A stretch of DNA of 64,000 nt from Spirochaetia bacterium (GTDB lineage Bacteria; Spirochaetota; Spirochaetia; DSM-2461), in assembly GCA_963666985.2 (NCBI GenBank), contig CAXXIA010000002.1, positions 1,184,001-1,248,000 of the forward strand, in the 5' to 3' direction. Every line of letters begins with the position of its first letter. Within the stretch, counting starts at the first letter, position 1. The position numbers were made by a program, and so were the translations under genes. Of this stretch, positions 30,262 to 40,068 are shown one piece after another. Under the pieces are notes generated by a model, which worked only from the letters and a program-made list of their open reading frames with translations, was not told the DNA's origin and ran no database searches.

Positions 30262-30369
30262 AGATGAAGCCGCAGATAATCTTGGCCGATAGTTATGGAC
30301 TGATTCCGAAAAATATTCAACAAAAGGCCTTTCGAAAAAGAGATTCAAATCTTCCCGTTAATCGGATTT

Positions 30370-32055
30370 TTAAGGAAGCACCGACACCCCTGAATACGGA
30401 CGAATCCCCTTGGCCGTCGACAGTTTCTGGTTTGGGATTGTAATACTGAAGGAAGAACCCTTCTCCGCTGCAGAACAGCATTCAATTCTTCCTTTCAGAT
30501 ACTTATCCACGAGATTGTAAACGATATATAATCCCAGTCCCGGCCTGCCTCTTCCTCGGTCCGTTGTATAAAACGGCTCGAATATCCGTTTGCACACCTG
30601 TGCGTCCATTCCTGTGCCGTTATCTCGAAACCTCAGAAAGGCCGTCTCTTTCCCTTTTTGTTCCACTTCAATTGATATCTTACCTTCGCCCCAATTATGG
30701 AAGCCATGGACAAGGGTGTTATCGATAAGCCGGGAAAGAACCTGCAACAAGATTCCCGGATACGTCGTTATGGAAACGGACTCATCTCCACCAATATCTA
30801 GAGTGCAATTGGCATCTTCAAGGCGAGTACGGAAAATCTCCACTGATTCCCTGGTATACTTTAGAAGATTGATTTGACAAAGAATGTCATCCGCTTCTTC
30901 TAAAGAAATCAATCGAAGACTCTTAATTAAATCTCCAATACGAACAAGGCTCGTCATCGACAATTTTTCCATTTCCAAAGCATGTACTATTGATTTGCGA
31001 TAATCATCGATGGAAGCCTCCGGATTATCCAAACAGCTCTCCAATTCATTCCGTATGGAACTCAGTCCGGTAATGCCGATACCAAGTGGCGTATTAAACT
31101 CATGGGCGATACCGACGATAAGCGTTGATAAAGATGCCGATTTTTCAGACTCAATCAACTGCCTCTGCGTTGTTTCCAAATCCGATATGGAAGCCTTGAG
31201 CTCTCCTGTACGCTCCTCGACGATCTTCTCCAGGGATTCGTTGAGATTTTTCAGCTTCGCCTCGGCAAGCTGTCTTTGTTTGTTCTCCTCCGCCAACTCG
31301 GAAATCCGATCTTCTACGGCATGCCTCATCTCATTAAAGGATTTTGCAAGAAGACCTATCTCATCCGATTGACGGATGCTGATGGGATAATCCAAATCCC
31401 CGCCCGCGACCGCGATGGAAGCCGCGGTTAAACGCTTCAGCGGAAGAACGATCCTGAAGATTACAAGCGAAAAAATCAACAGGGAAAAGAGAGGAATAAC
31501 AATGATCGTGGGAAGAAGGTTATGCCTTAAATACTTAACCCTCTCAATTCGATGTTCATAGGGAATACGGAAGCCCACGGTTACGTCCCACTGGGGAAAT
31601 TTCTGATAAACAAACCAATAACGTGTTCCCGTTGATGCTGTGTAATTCAACTCACCTTGATTCGCCGAAGGAAGCAGCGTAAAGACTTCCGAATCACCAT
31701 TTCCCATGAGAAGATTTCCGGAATCATCCAGCACAACCATTATTCTGGATGCTATCGAATTTGTAATCCAAGCTTTTAATGCATTATCTCGAACTTCATC
31801 AGAAAGAGGCTGTCCGTCTTTTTCGAGTGAAGAAAGATGACAAGAAATTCCGTCCAAAAGCGTTGTATGAACTTTCAGCTGACTTTTAAAAACAAGAGCT
31901 TCAAAACGATTCAGGGTGATGAAAAGATTAATCAAAGTCGTTGCGACAAAAATCGCGATGATAATGAGAAAAAATTTTGTCGCCAAAGTCATATGGGCCG
32001 TATACCGGAACATATAGACAACCTCATCTCGGCGAAAACCAGAAATTCCATTCAC
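30370..32055 (-). CDS. Membrane sensor histidine kinase (periplasmic sensor-HAMP-HisKA-HATPase)
   Basis: Two TMs, HAMP 'DEIGLLAKSFNEM', H-box 'AHEFNTPLG', 'DNGTG', 'FEPFYTT', 'GLGL'; start uncertain. Confidence 0.9.
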   Translation of the reverse strand: MNGISGFRRDEVVYMFRYTAHMTLATKFFLIIIAIFVATTLINLFITLNRFEALVFKSQLKVHTTLLDGISCHLSSLEKDGQPLSDEVRDNALKAWITNSIASRIMVVLDDSGNLLMGNGDSEVFTLLPSANQGELNYTASTGTRYWFVYQKFPQWDVTVGFRIPYEHRIERVKYLRHNLLPTIIVIPLFSLLIFSLVIFRIVLPLKRLTAASIAVAGGDLDYPISIRQSDEIGLLAKSFNEMRHAVEDRISELAEENKQRQLAEAKLKNLNESLEKIVEERTGELKASISDLETTQRQLIESEKSASLSTLIVGIAHEFNTPLGIGITGLSSIRNELESCLDNPEASIDDYRKSIVHALEMEKLSMTSLVRIGDLIKSLRLISLEEADDILCQINLLKYTRESVEIFRTRLEDANCTLDIGGDESVSITTYPGILLQVLSRLIDNTLVHGFHNWGEGKISIEVEQKGKETAFLRFRDNGTGMDAQVCKRIFEPFYTTDRGRGRPGLGLYIVYNLVDKYLKGRIECCSAAEKGSSFSITIPNQKLSTAKGIRPYSGVSVLP

Positions 32056-32170
32056 GCGGACGATGCTCTGTATTTTTAGTAAACAAAAAACTCAAATTCA
32101 AGAAAATCGAGAATAATTAAAAACTCGGCGTTCAATATAAGAGCATCGAAGCCGGTCGCACGAATCGCCT

Positions 32171-33037
32171 TTAGGTAAAAAGCGGCTCCCAGCCTCCCGA
32201 TTCGGCACGCCGGATCATCTCGGTATCGGAGGGCTGAACGGTGAATCCCGCCACCGCGCTGAGAACCTTAGGAAGGAGTTCCGCGTCCCCCGAAGTATTA
32301 ATGAATGAACCCTCGACACCCATGGCCCAACGGATCGAGGCATCGAGATCTTCCTGATTCTCCAACGGTTTGTACCACGTTGTTCGCGTCTTTTCCTCAC
32401 CCTCGCGCCACGGCCTGTGGCAGGCGGTCTTGATAAGCTGGAAAGCCGTGTTTCTCTCCCGGCAAATCTTATGGAGCTTCCGGAACTCCTCGGCATAGGC
32501 CGTATTTCGACTTAAGGCCCAGTTCCAGGGCAGTAACACGCTGTCGAAATCAAAACGCTCAAGGCTCTTCAAATGCATCCGGGGAGCAATAAGACCGTGA
32601 CTGGTAACACCGAGCCACTTCACCAGACCTTCCTTTCTTGCTTCAATAAAAGCTTCCAGGGCTCCGCCCGGCCCCATAGCCGTTTGCCACTCCTCTTCGG
32701 TCGATAAAAAGTGCATCTGCCAGAGATCGACGCTCTCCACCCGCATGAGTTCCAAAGAGCGCCGAAGCTCTTTCCGGGCACCGTCATAGGTTCTCTCTTC
32801 AGTCTTCGTCGCCAAAAAAACGCTCTTCCGATTTCGCTCCAGCCAAGGTCCCAGGCGTTCCTCGGCCTTTCCATAGCTTGCCGCCGTATCGATATGATTC
32901 ACACCGCGAGCCACGGCCATATCCAATGTTTGCTCAACGGTTTGAGCATCACGATCCCAGAAAGCCGCCGCGCCGAGCAGGGCCCTGCCGCTTAAATGTC
33001 CGGTTCTTCCGAACGGAGCTTGAGGAATATGGTTCAT
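32171..33037 (-). CDS. Aldo/keto reductase
   Basis: 'IDTAASYGKAE', 'FLATKT', 'VDLWQMH'; likely start MNHIP at about 33037. Confidence 0.88.
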   Translation of the reverse strand: MNHIPQAPFGRTGHLSGRALLGAAAFWDRDAQTVEQTLDMAVARGVNHIDTAASYGKAEERLGPWLERNRKSVFLATKTEERTYDGARKELRRSLELMRVESVDLWQMHFLSTEEEWQTAMGPGGALEAFIEARKEGLVKWLGVTSHGLIAPRMHLKSLERFDFDSVLLPWNWALSRNTAYAEEFRKLHKICRERNTAFQLIKTACHRPWREGEEKTRTTWYKPLENQEDLDASIRWAMGVEGSFINTSGDAELLPKVLSAVAGFTVQPSDTEMIRRAESGGWEPLFT

Positions 33038-33131
33038 TTCGTCTCTCCTTCCGCGAATTCGAAGGAAGAAGATTCTGTTCACCCGGCTTCGGGCGGAAGC
33101 GGCCGATCGTTATCGAACGACAGCACTCCGC

Positions 33132-33989
33132 TCAGCCTGCGAACACTTCTTCCAGCGCTCTCCGCATTACCGAAGCATCCGGGGTAACACCGGTCCAATA
33201 CTCAATGCCGATCACACCCTGATTAACAAGCATTCCCAGGCCGTCTATAACCCGGCAGCCGGCCGCTTCGGCCTCACGGATGAACCGCGTCCTGGGCGGA
33301 TTCGGAATAACATCCGCAACAACCATTCCCGGCTTCAGGCTGCCGATGTCCAGAGAAAGACGGGCATCAACATCCGGATAAAGTCCGATCGACGTAGCAT
33401 TGACAACGGCGTCGATACCCTCGGGAACGATGTAATCGCCTTCCCATTTTAAAAACCGCGCATCGGCCGGTGTTTTCGCGTTCAGAAGATCGGCCAATTC
33501 CCGTCCCCGCGCCTCTGTTCTGTTGACGACAATAAGTTCCTTCGCTCCCGCGAGGGCCAATTCCACGCCGATGGCCCGTGCGGCGCCGCCCGCGCCGAAA
33601 AGAACGAATCGGCCTCCCGATGGATCCATTAAGTCCCGGAGAGCCTTCACAAAGCCCTTACCGTCTGTGTTTTCACCAATGAGCCGGCCTTTTCTGTTGA
33701 CGACACAATTCACCGCGCCCATGGTTTCAGCCGATTCTCCGAGGCCGTCCAAATACTCGATAACGGCCACTTTATGCGGGATGGTACAATTAAATCCTTT
33801 GAATCCCATGGCGCGGGAGCCTTCAACCGCCGCCTTTAAATCCTTAGGGTCAACCTCAAGAGTCAGATAGCGCCACTCGAGACCATGATGATGAAAAGCG
33901 GCTTCCGCCGCGGCCTGTGTGGGATTTTCCGCTACCGGTTTTCCGAAAACACCGACGAGTTCCTGCTTAAAATTCAATTCTGCTGCCAT
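33132..33989 (-). CDS. aroE: Shikimate dehydrogenase family protein
   Basis: 'NCTIPHK', 'GAVN', 'NTDG', 'GAGGAARA', 'NATSIG', 'GLGMLVNQG'. Confidence 0.85.
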   Translation of the reverse strand: MAAELNFKQELVGVFGKPVAENPTQAAAEAAFHHHGLEWRYLTLEVDPKDLKAAVEGSRAMGFKGFNCTIPHKVAVIEYLDGLGESAETMGAVNCVVNRKGRLIGENTDGKGFVKALRDLMDPSGGRFVLFGAGGAARAIGVELALAGAKELIVVNRTEARGRELADLLNAKTPADARFLKWEGDYIVPEGIDAVVNATSIGLYPDVDARLSLDIGSLKPGMVVADVIPNPPRTRFIREAEAAGCRVIDGLGMLVNQGVIGIEYWTGVTPDASVMRRALEEVFAG

Positions 33990-34168
33990 TGTGTCATTCT
34001 AACATTATTCAAATCATGAAAAAACTTATTTTACTCATCCCAATTCGCCCAAAAACCCAGCAGCTCAAGAACAGCAAAGAAACGATAGTGATTGAAAAAT
34101 CACCCACAAATCTATTCGATACTATGGAATATAATTGTCCGGAGAATTCCATAGCCGGAAGCAGTGTT

Positions 34169-37100
34169 TTATCTCTTTCCCAAAGCCCGTTCCAAAAGAG
34201 TCACAATTTCTTCATTTCCGGCCTTACGGGCAAGCTCGCAATACCGCTCCTCAATCGGTGCGCCGGCGTCCAAAAGCAGAGCGACGATATCCGTATATCC
34301 GCCCCTCACGGCGTATTCAAGTGGAGAATAATCATGAATGAAACGATCAAAGGTCGCTGTTCCTTCTTTGAGAAGAAGAGCGACAGCTTCGGTGAATCCC
34401 GATGCGGCGGCCCGCGTAAGGGCCTCGACGGCACCCTCTTCAATCATGTGAGATCCCCTTTCAAGGAGTCCCGTGACAAAAGAAAGACGGCCGTCGGCTT
34501 CGGCCCAGACAACAGCGTCGGGAGGGATTACGGAACCACCCTCCATGAGGACCCACAGAACATCCTTATGAAATCCCATTAGAGCGGCCCGAACAGGAGG
34601 AATACCCAAGGAACCCGAAAGGTTCGGGGCCGCTCCCAACCCGAGCAGAAATCTGCAAATCGCAGCATCACCCTCGGAAGCGGCTGAGACAAGCTCATCG
34701 ATCATCACGGACGTCTCAAGAACGGCTCCATGGGAAGCAAGCACAGCGGCCCAGTCCGCCTGACCATTGTGCAGCGCCGAGAGGAGGGAAGAATTGAGAA
34801 TCTCCGGGACCGCCAGATTCAAGGCTGATTCCGAAACAGGCCATTCAAGACGAACTAAAAGATTATCCCGATCGATTACGGGATTCTGCAGGCCGTCCGT
34901 CATCCCGGCCACAACGGAAAAAACAGACGCTTCAAGTTCCCCTGCAGTAATGAAACCATCGGCATTCAAATCCGATACCAGTCCGTCGAGAGCTGCGATG
35001 ACCGCTCCCGTAAAAAAACCGTTTCCTTCCTCCGAATACGAATATGGCTCGTAGGAAAGCTCTCCGCCGCGCGACGAAGAAAAAACAACGGCTCCGGTCC
35101 GCTGAAAAATATCACGATGGATCATCCTGTCCCGCTCAAGACGCCAAGAACGAGGCTTGATTCCCGCGGATCCCAATCCTCGCGAAGAGACTCCTTCCGG
35201 AGAAATGCCGATTGGAATGCCCTTATCGGGAATCCAATCATGGGCTTCCAATGCCGCTGAAGGAATTAAAGGATTCGCAGGTATCATGGTTTTGCCTGAA
35301 GGCTCGAGGGTATCAGGTACCCGGATACGGGACGATCTGATGGACCGAGATCTGGTTTTTTCATCCTCGAGAAACGCATTGGAAGATTCCAATCGGGCGG
35401 GATCAACTTCCCCCGATTCACATGTATCCATCAGGAACAGTTTCTTCCTGGGAGGAATTCCGTCCAGCAGCCCGGAAAGAAGGGAAAAAGGAATAGAAGT
35501 GTTCTCCAGATCGTCCAAATCCGCTTCGGAGCTCAGGTAATAATACGCTCCTTCGTCATCATGAAGACCGTGACCGGAAATAAAGAGAACGACCGTATCC
35601 TCAGGGGAGGCGGCTGTTAAAAAATCCCGTCCCTCGGCTATTGAGGAAACCGTACAGTTTCCATCAATCCAGATTCTCGACCGGAAGCCATCGAAATTAC
35701 CGGAAAAAGAAGAAAACAAGACCTCCAGATCTCTCACGTCTTTCGCCGGGAACACCAGATGTAAACACTCGTCACGATATTCCGAAACACCGAAACCCAG
35801 GAACCACAGGATACCCCGGGGCTTCTCCTCTTTTGGAATCTCACGGTCGATTTGGAGATTCCAGCCAAGGCTCTCGCGGCCGAGTTTATCAAAACAGGAA
35901 ACCTCGACGGCGTTCCTCCCCGGAAGCAGCGGAACCTCCGCAGCCGCCGTGTCTCTATAGCCTTCAAGCGGAAGTCCTTGTCCGCCATACAGCGGAACGC
36001 CGTTGACCGCGATACTATAAGAATTGAGTTCAGTCGATTCGGAAGAAAACCGCAGTTTAAGAAGAAGAACGTTATCATCCTCATCCACACGGCTTGATTC
36101 CACTTCCACTTTAGGCAAATCCCAATCCTCAAGAAAACGCTTTTCCACATAGGCCAGATAAACGGGATTGCGAAGCAGACCGAAACGGTCTTCGGGAGAA
36201 AGATCCGAACACATTACATAACCGCCGTCCGACCGTCCGTAAGCCATCGTTAAAAGACGTCCCTGTCGGGCGTTCGACAAATTGAGAATTTCACCAAAAT
36301 CCTTTATGGGGATTCGGACGGGAAGAGCCTCCGATTTCGCAAGACGCCGAAGATACTGAGTTCTCCAGTCTTCCCTAGCCTCAGGATTCCCGAGATTCAG
36401 TCGGCTGAGAATTACATCAGGCCGATTCCGAAAAAGCGCGAATTGACTTAAGCGAACCGCCCTGTCTCCGCTCAGGTACACAGCAAGCTCATCTCCCTTG
36501 GGAGAACAATCGAAATATCCGTCGGGCGTACAAATAAGCCATTCTTTTCCATGTGAATACATTGCGGCTGAATCACCCGTATTAATATTCCAAAGACGTA
36601 TGGACCCGTCCTCCGATGCCGTGGCGACCACTTCTCCTCCGGGGTGAAAGGCGAGTGAAAGGATCGGTGCTCCATGACCGGAGAACTCGCCGATCATTCG
36701 ATTATCCCTATCCCAAAGCCTCATCATCCCGTCCATTCCGGCTGTTACGAATTGTGTACCGGCGGGAGAATACGCAAAGGGACGCATTCGTCCTGTTTCA
36801 GGAACACCGTGTCCCCAGGGATCATCTTCATACCTATCCAATAGAGCTCTGCAAAATTCCCTCTCCCTGATCATTACCGGATGGTCGGCGGAAACTTCCC
36901 GGATTTTTCCATCGGCATTCCAGTCGAATCCATAAATGGTTGATTCAGAATCCATCCATTCAACAATTGAAAAAACAAGACTTCCATCCGAACTGAAGAC
37001 AATATTCTCCGGGAGTACGGATTCCCGGTCTTCTACGAGAATCGTTCCGGTATCATCAATAAAGAACCGGCCTGAATATTCATCATATATAAAAGAAATA

Positions 37101-38536
37101 ACACCTTTACCGGATATAATCGGCCATGCATAAACCGATGATACTGATTCGTCAATTTCATAACCATTTTTACTGAGGATTGTCTCCCAATTCATCTTCC
37201 GGAGGAAACAGCCGTCGGCGTCGTACACCTCGAATCCCCCGATAAAAAGCCGAATAAGGGTACCGTCATCTTTTACAGTAAAATCAGATGTCCAATCGGC
37301 AATGGGGATGGTCTTCAAGAGTTTCCCCGAGATATCCCAAATCCTTAACGAATCCCCGACGGCGTACAATCTATCCCCGGAGGGAGAAAAGCGAAGGAGT
37401 CCGGTATCAAGAGGCGGATACGCGATGATTCCATCGATCGAGAATTCCTCGGAAAGAATGAAGGCACGATTTTCACCCGCCGCCAGGATTCTTCCGTTCC
37501 GGTCGCCCGCAAAACATCCCAGGAAACCATCGGTAAGTTCCTTCGGCAAAGGAATGGGAAATCCGCCGATGTCCCAGGCGGACAGTGAAAAATTATTTTT
37601 AACATACAATGCGGCCGCCGAATGATATTCACGCTCATGCCTCAGGGAGGCAAAGAAACGGCCGTCCGGAGCCGTGAATCCTCTTTCAAAAACAACATTC
37701 AGCTCTTCATGTATGATTCTGGGAGACGAACCCCGGCCGTCGAATTGTAAAATCCTGATATTTTCCTTTGGATTCAGACTATCGGGATCGAAGGCCAATA
37801 CCAGAACTAATCCTCCGTCCTCACGGGGAAATATTCCTTTCGGTGTATAACCGGCGGAATCGAAATATTCAAAAATCTGAAACTCTTCCGTACGTTCATC
37901 GAAAACCCCGAGACGATGTGTCCGTTCGAAATCTCCGGCGGATGCATCCGGATACCAGTACTTTACCAGATACGCGCCGCCGGGACGGATCTGCAATGCG
38001 TGAAAAAAAAGATCATTGGAATTTGCATAGATTGTACGGAATGAAAGATCCTCATTCAGAAGAAAAACGCCGGAAATCCATACGCCATCGGTATCATACC
38101 GCGTACCGGAGATCCATATCGAATGTCCATCGGCGTGAGGAGCAATTACGTCGCAGCAGATTAAAGACGGTGGAGCCGATTCCAGTATTCGGCCCTCCAG
38201 ATCCAGGATATAGGCATCAGGGGATTCGTCCGGATCCGTATAAGGATTGGAGCTGCCCGAAACCAGAAGACGGTTGTCTCCGGTAAACGCTGCGGACCAA
38301 ACAAGTGATAAAGGCGTTTCGATGGAGCGCAAGAAAACACCTTCAGCCGTCCAAAGTCTTACAAACGGTTCGACTCCTCCGCTCTCGGCGATATATCGGC
38401 CGTCGGGGCTCATGGCCAAGACGGCTCCGGATAAACCTCTGCCTACTTGCGGAACTATCGGCGGAGGAGAATCTGCGGGAAGCTGAAAGAGAAAAACGAG
38501 TGCTAAAAGACAAATATTGACGGAAGTGCGGACCAT
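34169..38536 (-). CDS. Probably exported WD40-repeat / caspase (peptidase C14) / ankyrin-repeat protein
   Basis: Signal-like N-terminus MVRTSVNICLLALVFLFQLPA; WD40 'GHGAPILSLAFHPGGEVVATASEDGSIRLWN'; catalytic 'SGHG' and 'DTC'; 'QNP'; ankyrin 'SPLEYAVRGGYTDIVALLLDAGA'. Confidence 0.85.
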   Translation of the reverse strand: MVRTSVNICLLALVFLFQLPADSPPPIVPQVGRGLSGAVLAMSPDGRYIAESGGVEPFVRLWTAEGVFLRSIETPLSLVWSAAFTGDNRLLVSGSSNPYTDPDESPDAYILDLEGRILESAPPSLICCDVIAPHADGHSIWISGTRYDTDGVWISGVFLLNEDLSFRTIYANSNDLFFHALQIRPGGAYLVKYWYPDASAGDFERTHRLGVFDERTEEFQIFEYFDSAGYTPKGIFPREDGGLVLVLAFDPDSLNPKENIRILQFDGRGSSPRIIHEELNVVFERGFTAPDGRFFASLRHEREYHSAAALYVKNNFSLSAWDIGGFPIPLPKELTDGFLGCFAGDRNGRILAAGENRAFILSEEFSIDGIIAYPPLDTGLLRFSPSGDRLYAVGDSLRIWDISGKLLKTIPIADWTSDFTVKDDGTLIRLFIGGFEVYDADGCFLRKMNWETILSKNGYEIDESVSSVYAWPIISGKGVISFIYDEYSGRFFIDDTGTILVEDRESVLPENIVFSSDGSLVFSIVEWMDSESTIYGFDWNADGKIREVSADHPVMIREREFCRALLDRYEDDPWGHGVPETGRMRPFAYSPAGTQFVTAGMDGMMRLWDRDNRMIGEFSGHGAPILSLAFHPGGEVVATASEDGSIRLWNINTGDSAAMYSHGKEWLICTPDGYFDCSPKGDELAVYLSGDRAVRLSQFALFRNRPDVILSRLNLGNPEAREDWRTQYLRRLAKSEALPVRIPIKDFGEILNLSNARQGRLLTMAYGRSDGGYVMCSDLSPEDRFGLLRNPVYLAYVEKRFLEDWDLPKVEVESSRVDEDDNVLLLKLRFSSESTELNSYSIAVNGVPLYGGQGLPLEGYRDTAAAEVPLLPGRNAVEVSCFDKLGRESLGWNLQIDREIPKEEKPRGILWFLGFGVSEYRDECLHLVFPAKDVRDLEVLFSSFSGNFDGFRSRIWIDGNCTVSSIAEGRDFLTAASPEDTVVLFISGHGLHDDEGAYYYLSSEADLDDLENTSIPFSLLSGLLDGIPPRKKLFLMDTCESGEVDPARLESSNAFLEDEKTRSRSIRSSRIRVPDTLEPSGKTMIPANPLIPSAALEAHDWIPDKGIPIGISPEGVSSRGLGSAGIKPRSWRLERDRMIHRDIFQRTGAVVFSSSRGGELSYEPYSYSEEGNGFFTGAVIAALDGLVSDLNADGFITAGELEASVFSVVAGMTDGLQNPVIDRDNLLVRLEWPVSESALNLAVPEILNSSLLSALHNGQADWAAVLASHGAVLETSVMIDELVSAASEGDAAICRFLLGLGAAPNLSGSLGIPPVRAALMGFHKDVLWVLMEGGSVIPPDAVVWAEADGRLSFVTGLLERGSHMIEEGAVEALTRAAASGFTEAVALLLKEGTATFDRFIHDYSPLEYAVRGGYTDIVALLLDAGAPIEERYCELARKAGNEEIVTLLERALGKR

Positions 38537-38646
38537 CGGCGGACTCCGAACAAAACTATCTCCATACAAGCATAGCAAAAAGACATCTTGTTTACTATTA
38601 GGAACAGCCGCCTCAAGATGATATCCGGAGAAATGTTATTCGAGAG

Positions 38647-39207
38647 TTAAGTCTTTTCCTCTTCCAACTTCCGGAAATACACGGTTTCTCCGTCCAAGTC
38701 CGCCCGAAGATCTTCAGGCAGTTCCGGAGCCGCGATATTACGGCCTTCATTCGGCGGCGGCGAATCTCCCCATCCCGGACATCCGGCAACAGGCGGCACT
38801 TCCCTCCACTCTTCAGATCCGCCGGCTAAATCGATGGTTCGGGCCAAAGGCGCCAGTCGGCAGACGGTCGGCTTGGCATCCGTGTAATGAAGGGAACAGC
38901 GGCCGTGAAGCTGGCCGTCCTCGTCCAAATCGTTTATTAGAAAACGGCAGGATCGCCCCGCGGGAGTCAGGGGAAACCGCAGCCTCGGCCGGCTCGCTCC
39001 GTGCTGCCCCGCCTCGACGAGAATAAGATGTTTCTCCATCAGAATGCTCTGAGCATCAGCGCCGGAACCGGGAATCTTAAGTCCCAAATGCACGGCCAGT
39101 CGTTCCATGTCCGTCGGATGAAGCCAGACCTTTTGACTTCCGCGGCAGCATTCGCCGCAGAGAGTACATTCGAATTGTGAATCGTTCGGTTCGCCGTCGG
39201 CCTTCAT
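38647..39207 (-). CDS. YkgJ-family cysteine-cluster (CxxCxxCC) protein
   Basis: 'FECTLCGECC', 'CRFL', 'CSLHY..KPTVCR..P', 'CPG'. Confidence 0.85.
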   Translation of the reverse strand: MKADGEPNDSQFECTLCGECCRGSQKVWLHPTDMERLAVHLGLKIPGSGADAQSILMEKHLILVEAGQHGASRPRLRFPLTPAGRSCRFLINDLDEDGQLHGRCSLHYTDAKPTVCRLAPLARTIDLAGGSEEWREVPPVAGCPGWGDSPPPNEGRNIAAPELPEDLRADLDGETVYFRKLEEEKT

Positions 39208-39267
39208 GGGCGATAAGAGTACCGCATCCGTTCGCCGGCGGCCATGGCTCCGAACCGCCTTATCCGT

Positions 39268-39954
39268 TTAAAAAGCGGCCGGAAAAACCAAAGAATCGAA
39301 CTTCGGTCCGAACTCTTTATCCAGAACAAGACGGGCCAAATCGATCACCGGAAGGCCGAGCGTATCGATAAGCGCCGAATCCGAAGTGGCAATCGCTTCA
39401 ATCTCGGCATTGATCGACGCATCCATCAGCGCCCGGTCTCCCGAGGGAGCCGTTAGAACTTCCGCCTTCAATCCGGCCGAATCGAGACGAGCTCGGAAAA
39501 ATCCGGCATGGTCACGGCTGTGCGAGAGGGGATCGTCAAAAACAACAAAAAAAGAATCGGCACCGGTTGATGAAAGAACGCGCGCCGCAAGGTCCAATGA
39601 GCGAAGCATCAAATCTTCATCGTGAAGCCTGCCGTGGAGTGCGCCGATATCCCGGATTAATCCGTCGTCCGCCTCGAATACAGGAACACCGGCGATGTAA
39701 TTGGCAACGGTCAGAATCACATTGTGCCCGTCGATGCCGAGCCGCCCTATTCCGCCCTGGCCGAGAGGCAAAATCATCCGTGAACGACGCCGCGCCTCTT
39801 GGGTTGCGGAAACTCCTCGGGAGAGAATCTGCCTTCCGGCCCGGTCGATGCGATGACGGTCGCCGACAAGCTTAACCGAAGCGGTCTGCGGATAGCCCCG
39901 GTCGAAAAGCCAGCGCAAATGCCCGGCCGCCTCAAGAAGATTTTCGGGGAACAT
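39268..39954 (-). CDS. DUF434-domain protein (possible PIN/NYN-like fold)
   Basis: 'LRWLFDRGYP...VKLVGDRH', 'IDGHNVILT', 'DDGLIRDI', 'ATSDSALID'; start MFPE at 39954. Confidence 0.75.
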   Translation of the reverse strand: MFPENLLEAAGHLRWLFDRGYPQTASVKLVGDRHRIDRAGRQILSRGVSATQEARRRSRMILPLGQGGIGRLGIDGHNVILTVANYIAGVPVFEADDGLIRDIGALHGRLHDEDLMLRSLDLAARVLSSTGADSFFVVFDDPLSHSRDHAGFFRARLDSAGLKAEVLTAPSGDRALMDASINAEIEAIATSDSALIDTLGLPVIDLARLVLDKEFGPKFDSLVFPAAF

Positions 39955-40068
39955 GGTGAGGATTATATCATAGGAGGTAGAAACTCCATGCCGGTAAGCG
40001 CCCCTGTGCCTTAGGCTTAAACAGCCGGGCAAAAAACCTTACGGCGCGAAAATAGCCGTTATCGCCTG

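Noticed and set aside
33989..34582. 197-aa plus-strand ORF
   Set aside because: Mostly antisense to the ankyrin region; no recognisable motifs.
34169..39954. Anti-phage caspase/gasdermin or Avs-type defence island
   Set aside because: No NTPase, gasdermin, TIR or CHAT partner is visible, the caspase appears exported, and the neighbours are metabolic or uncharacterised.
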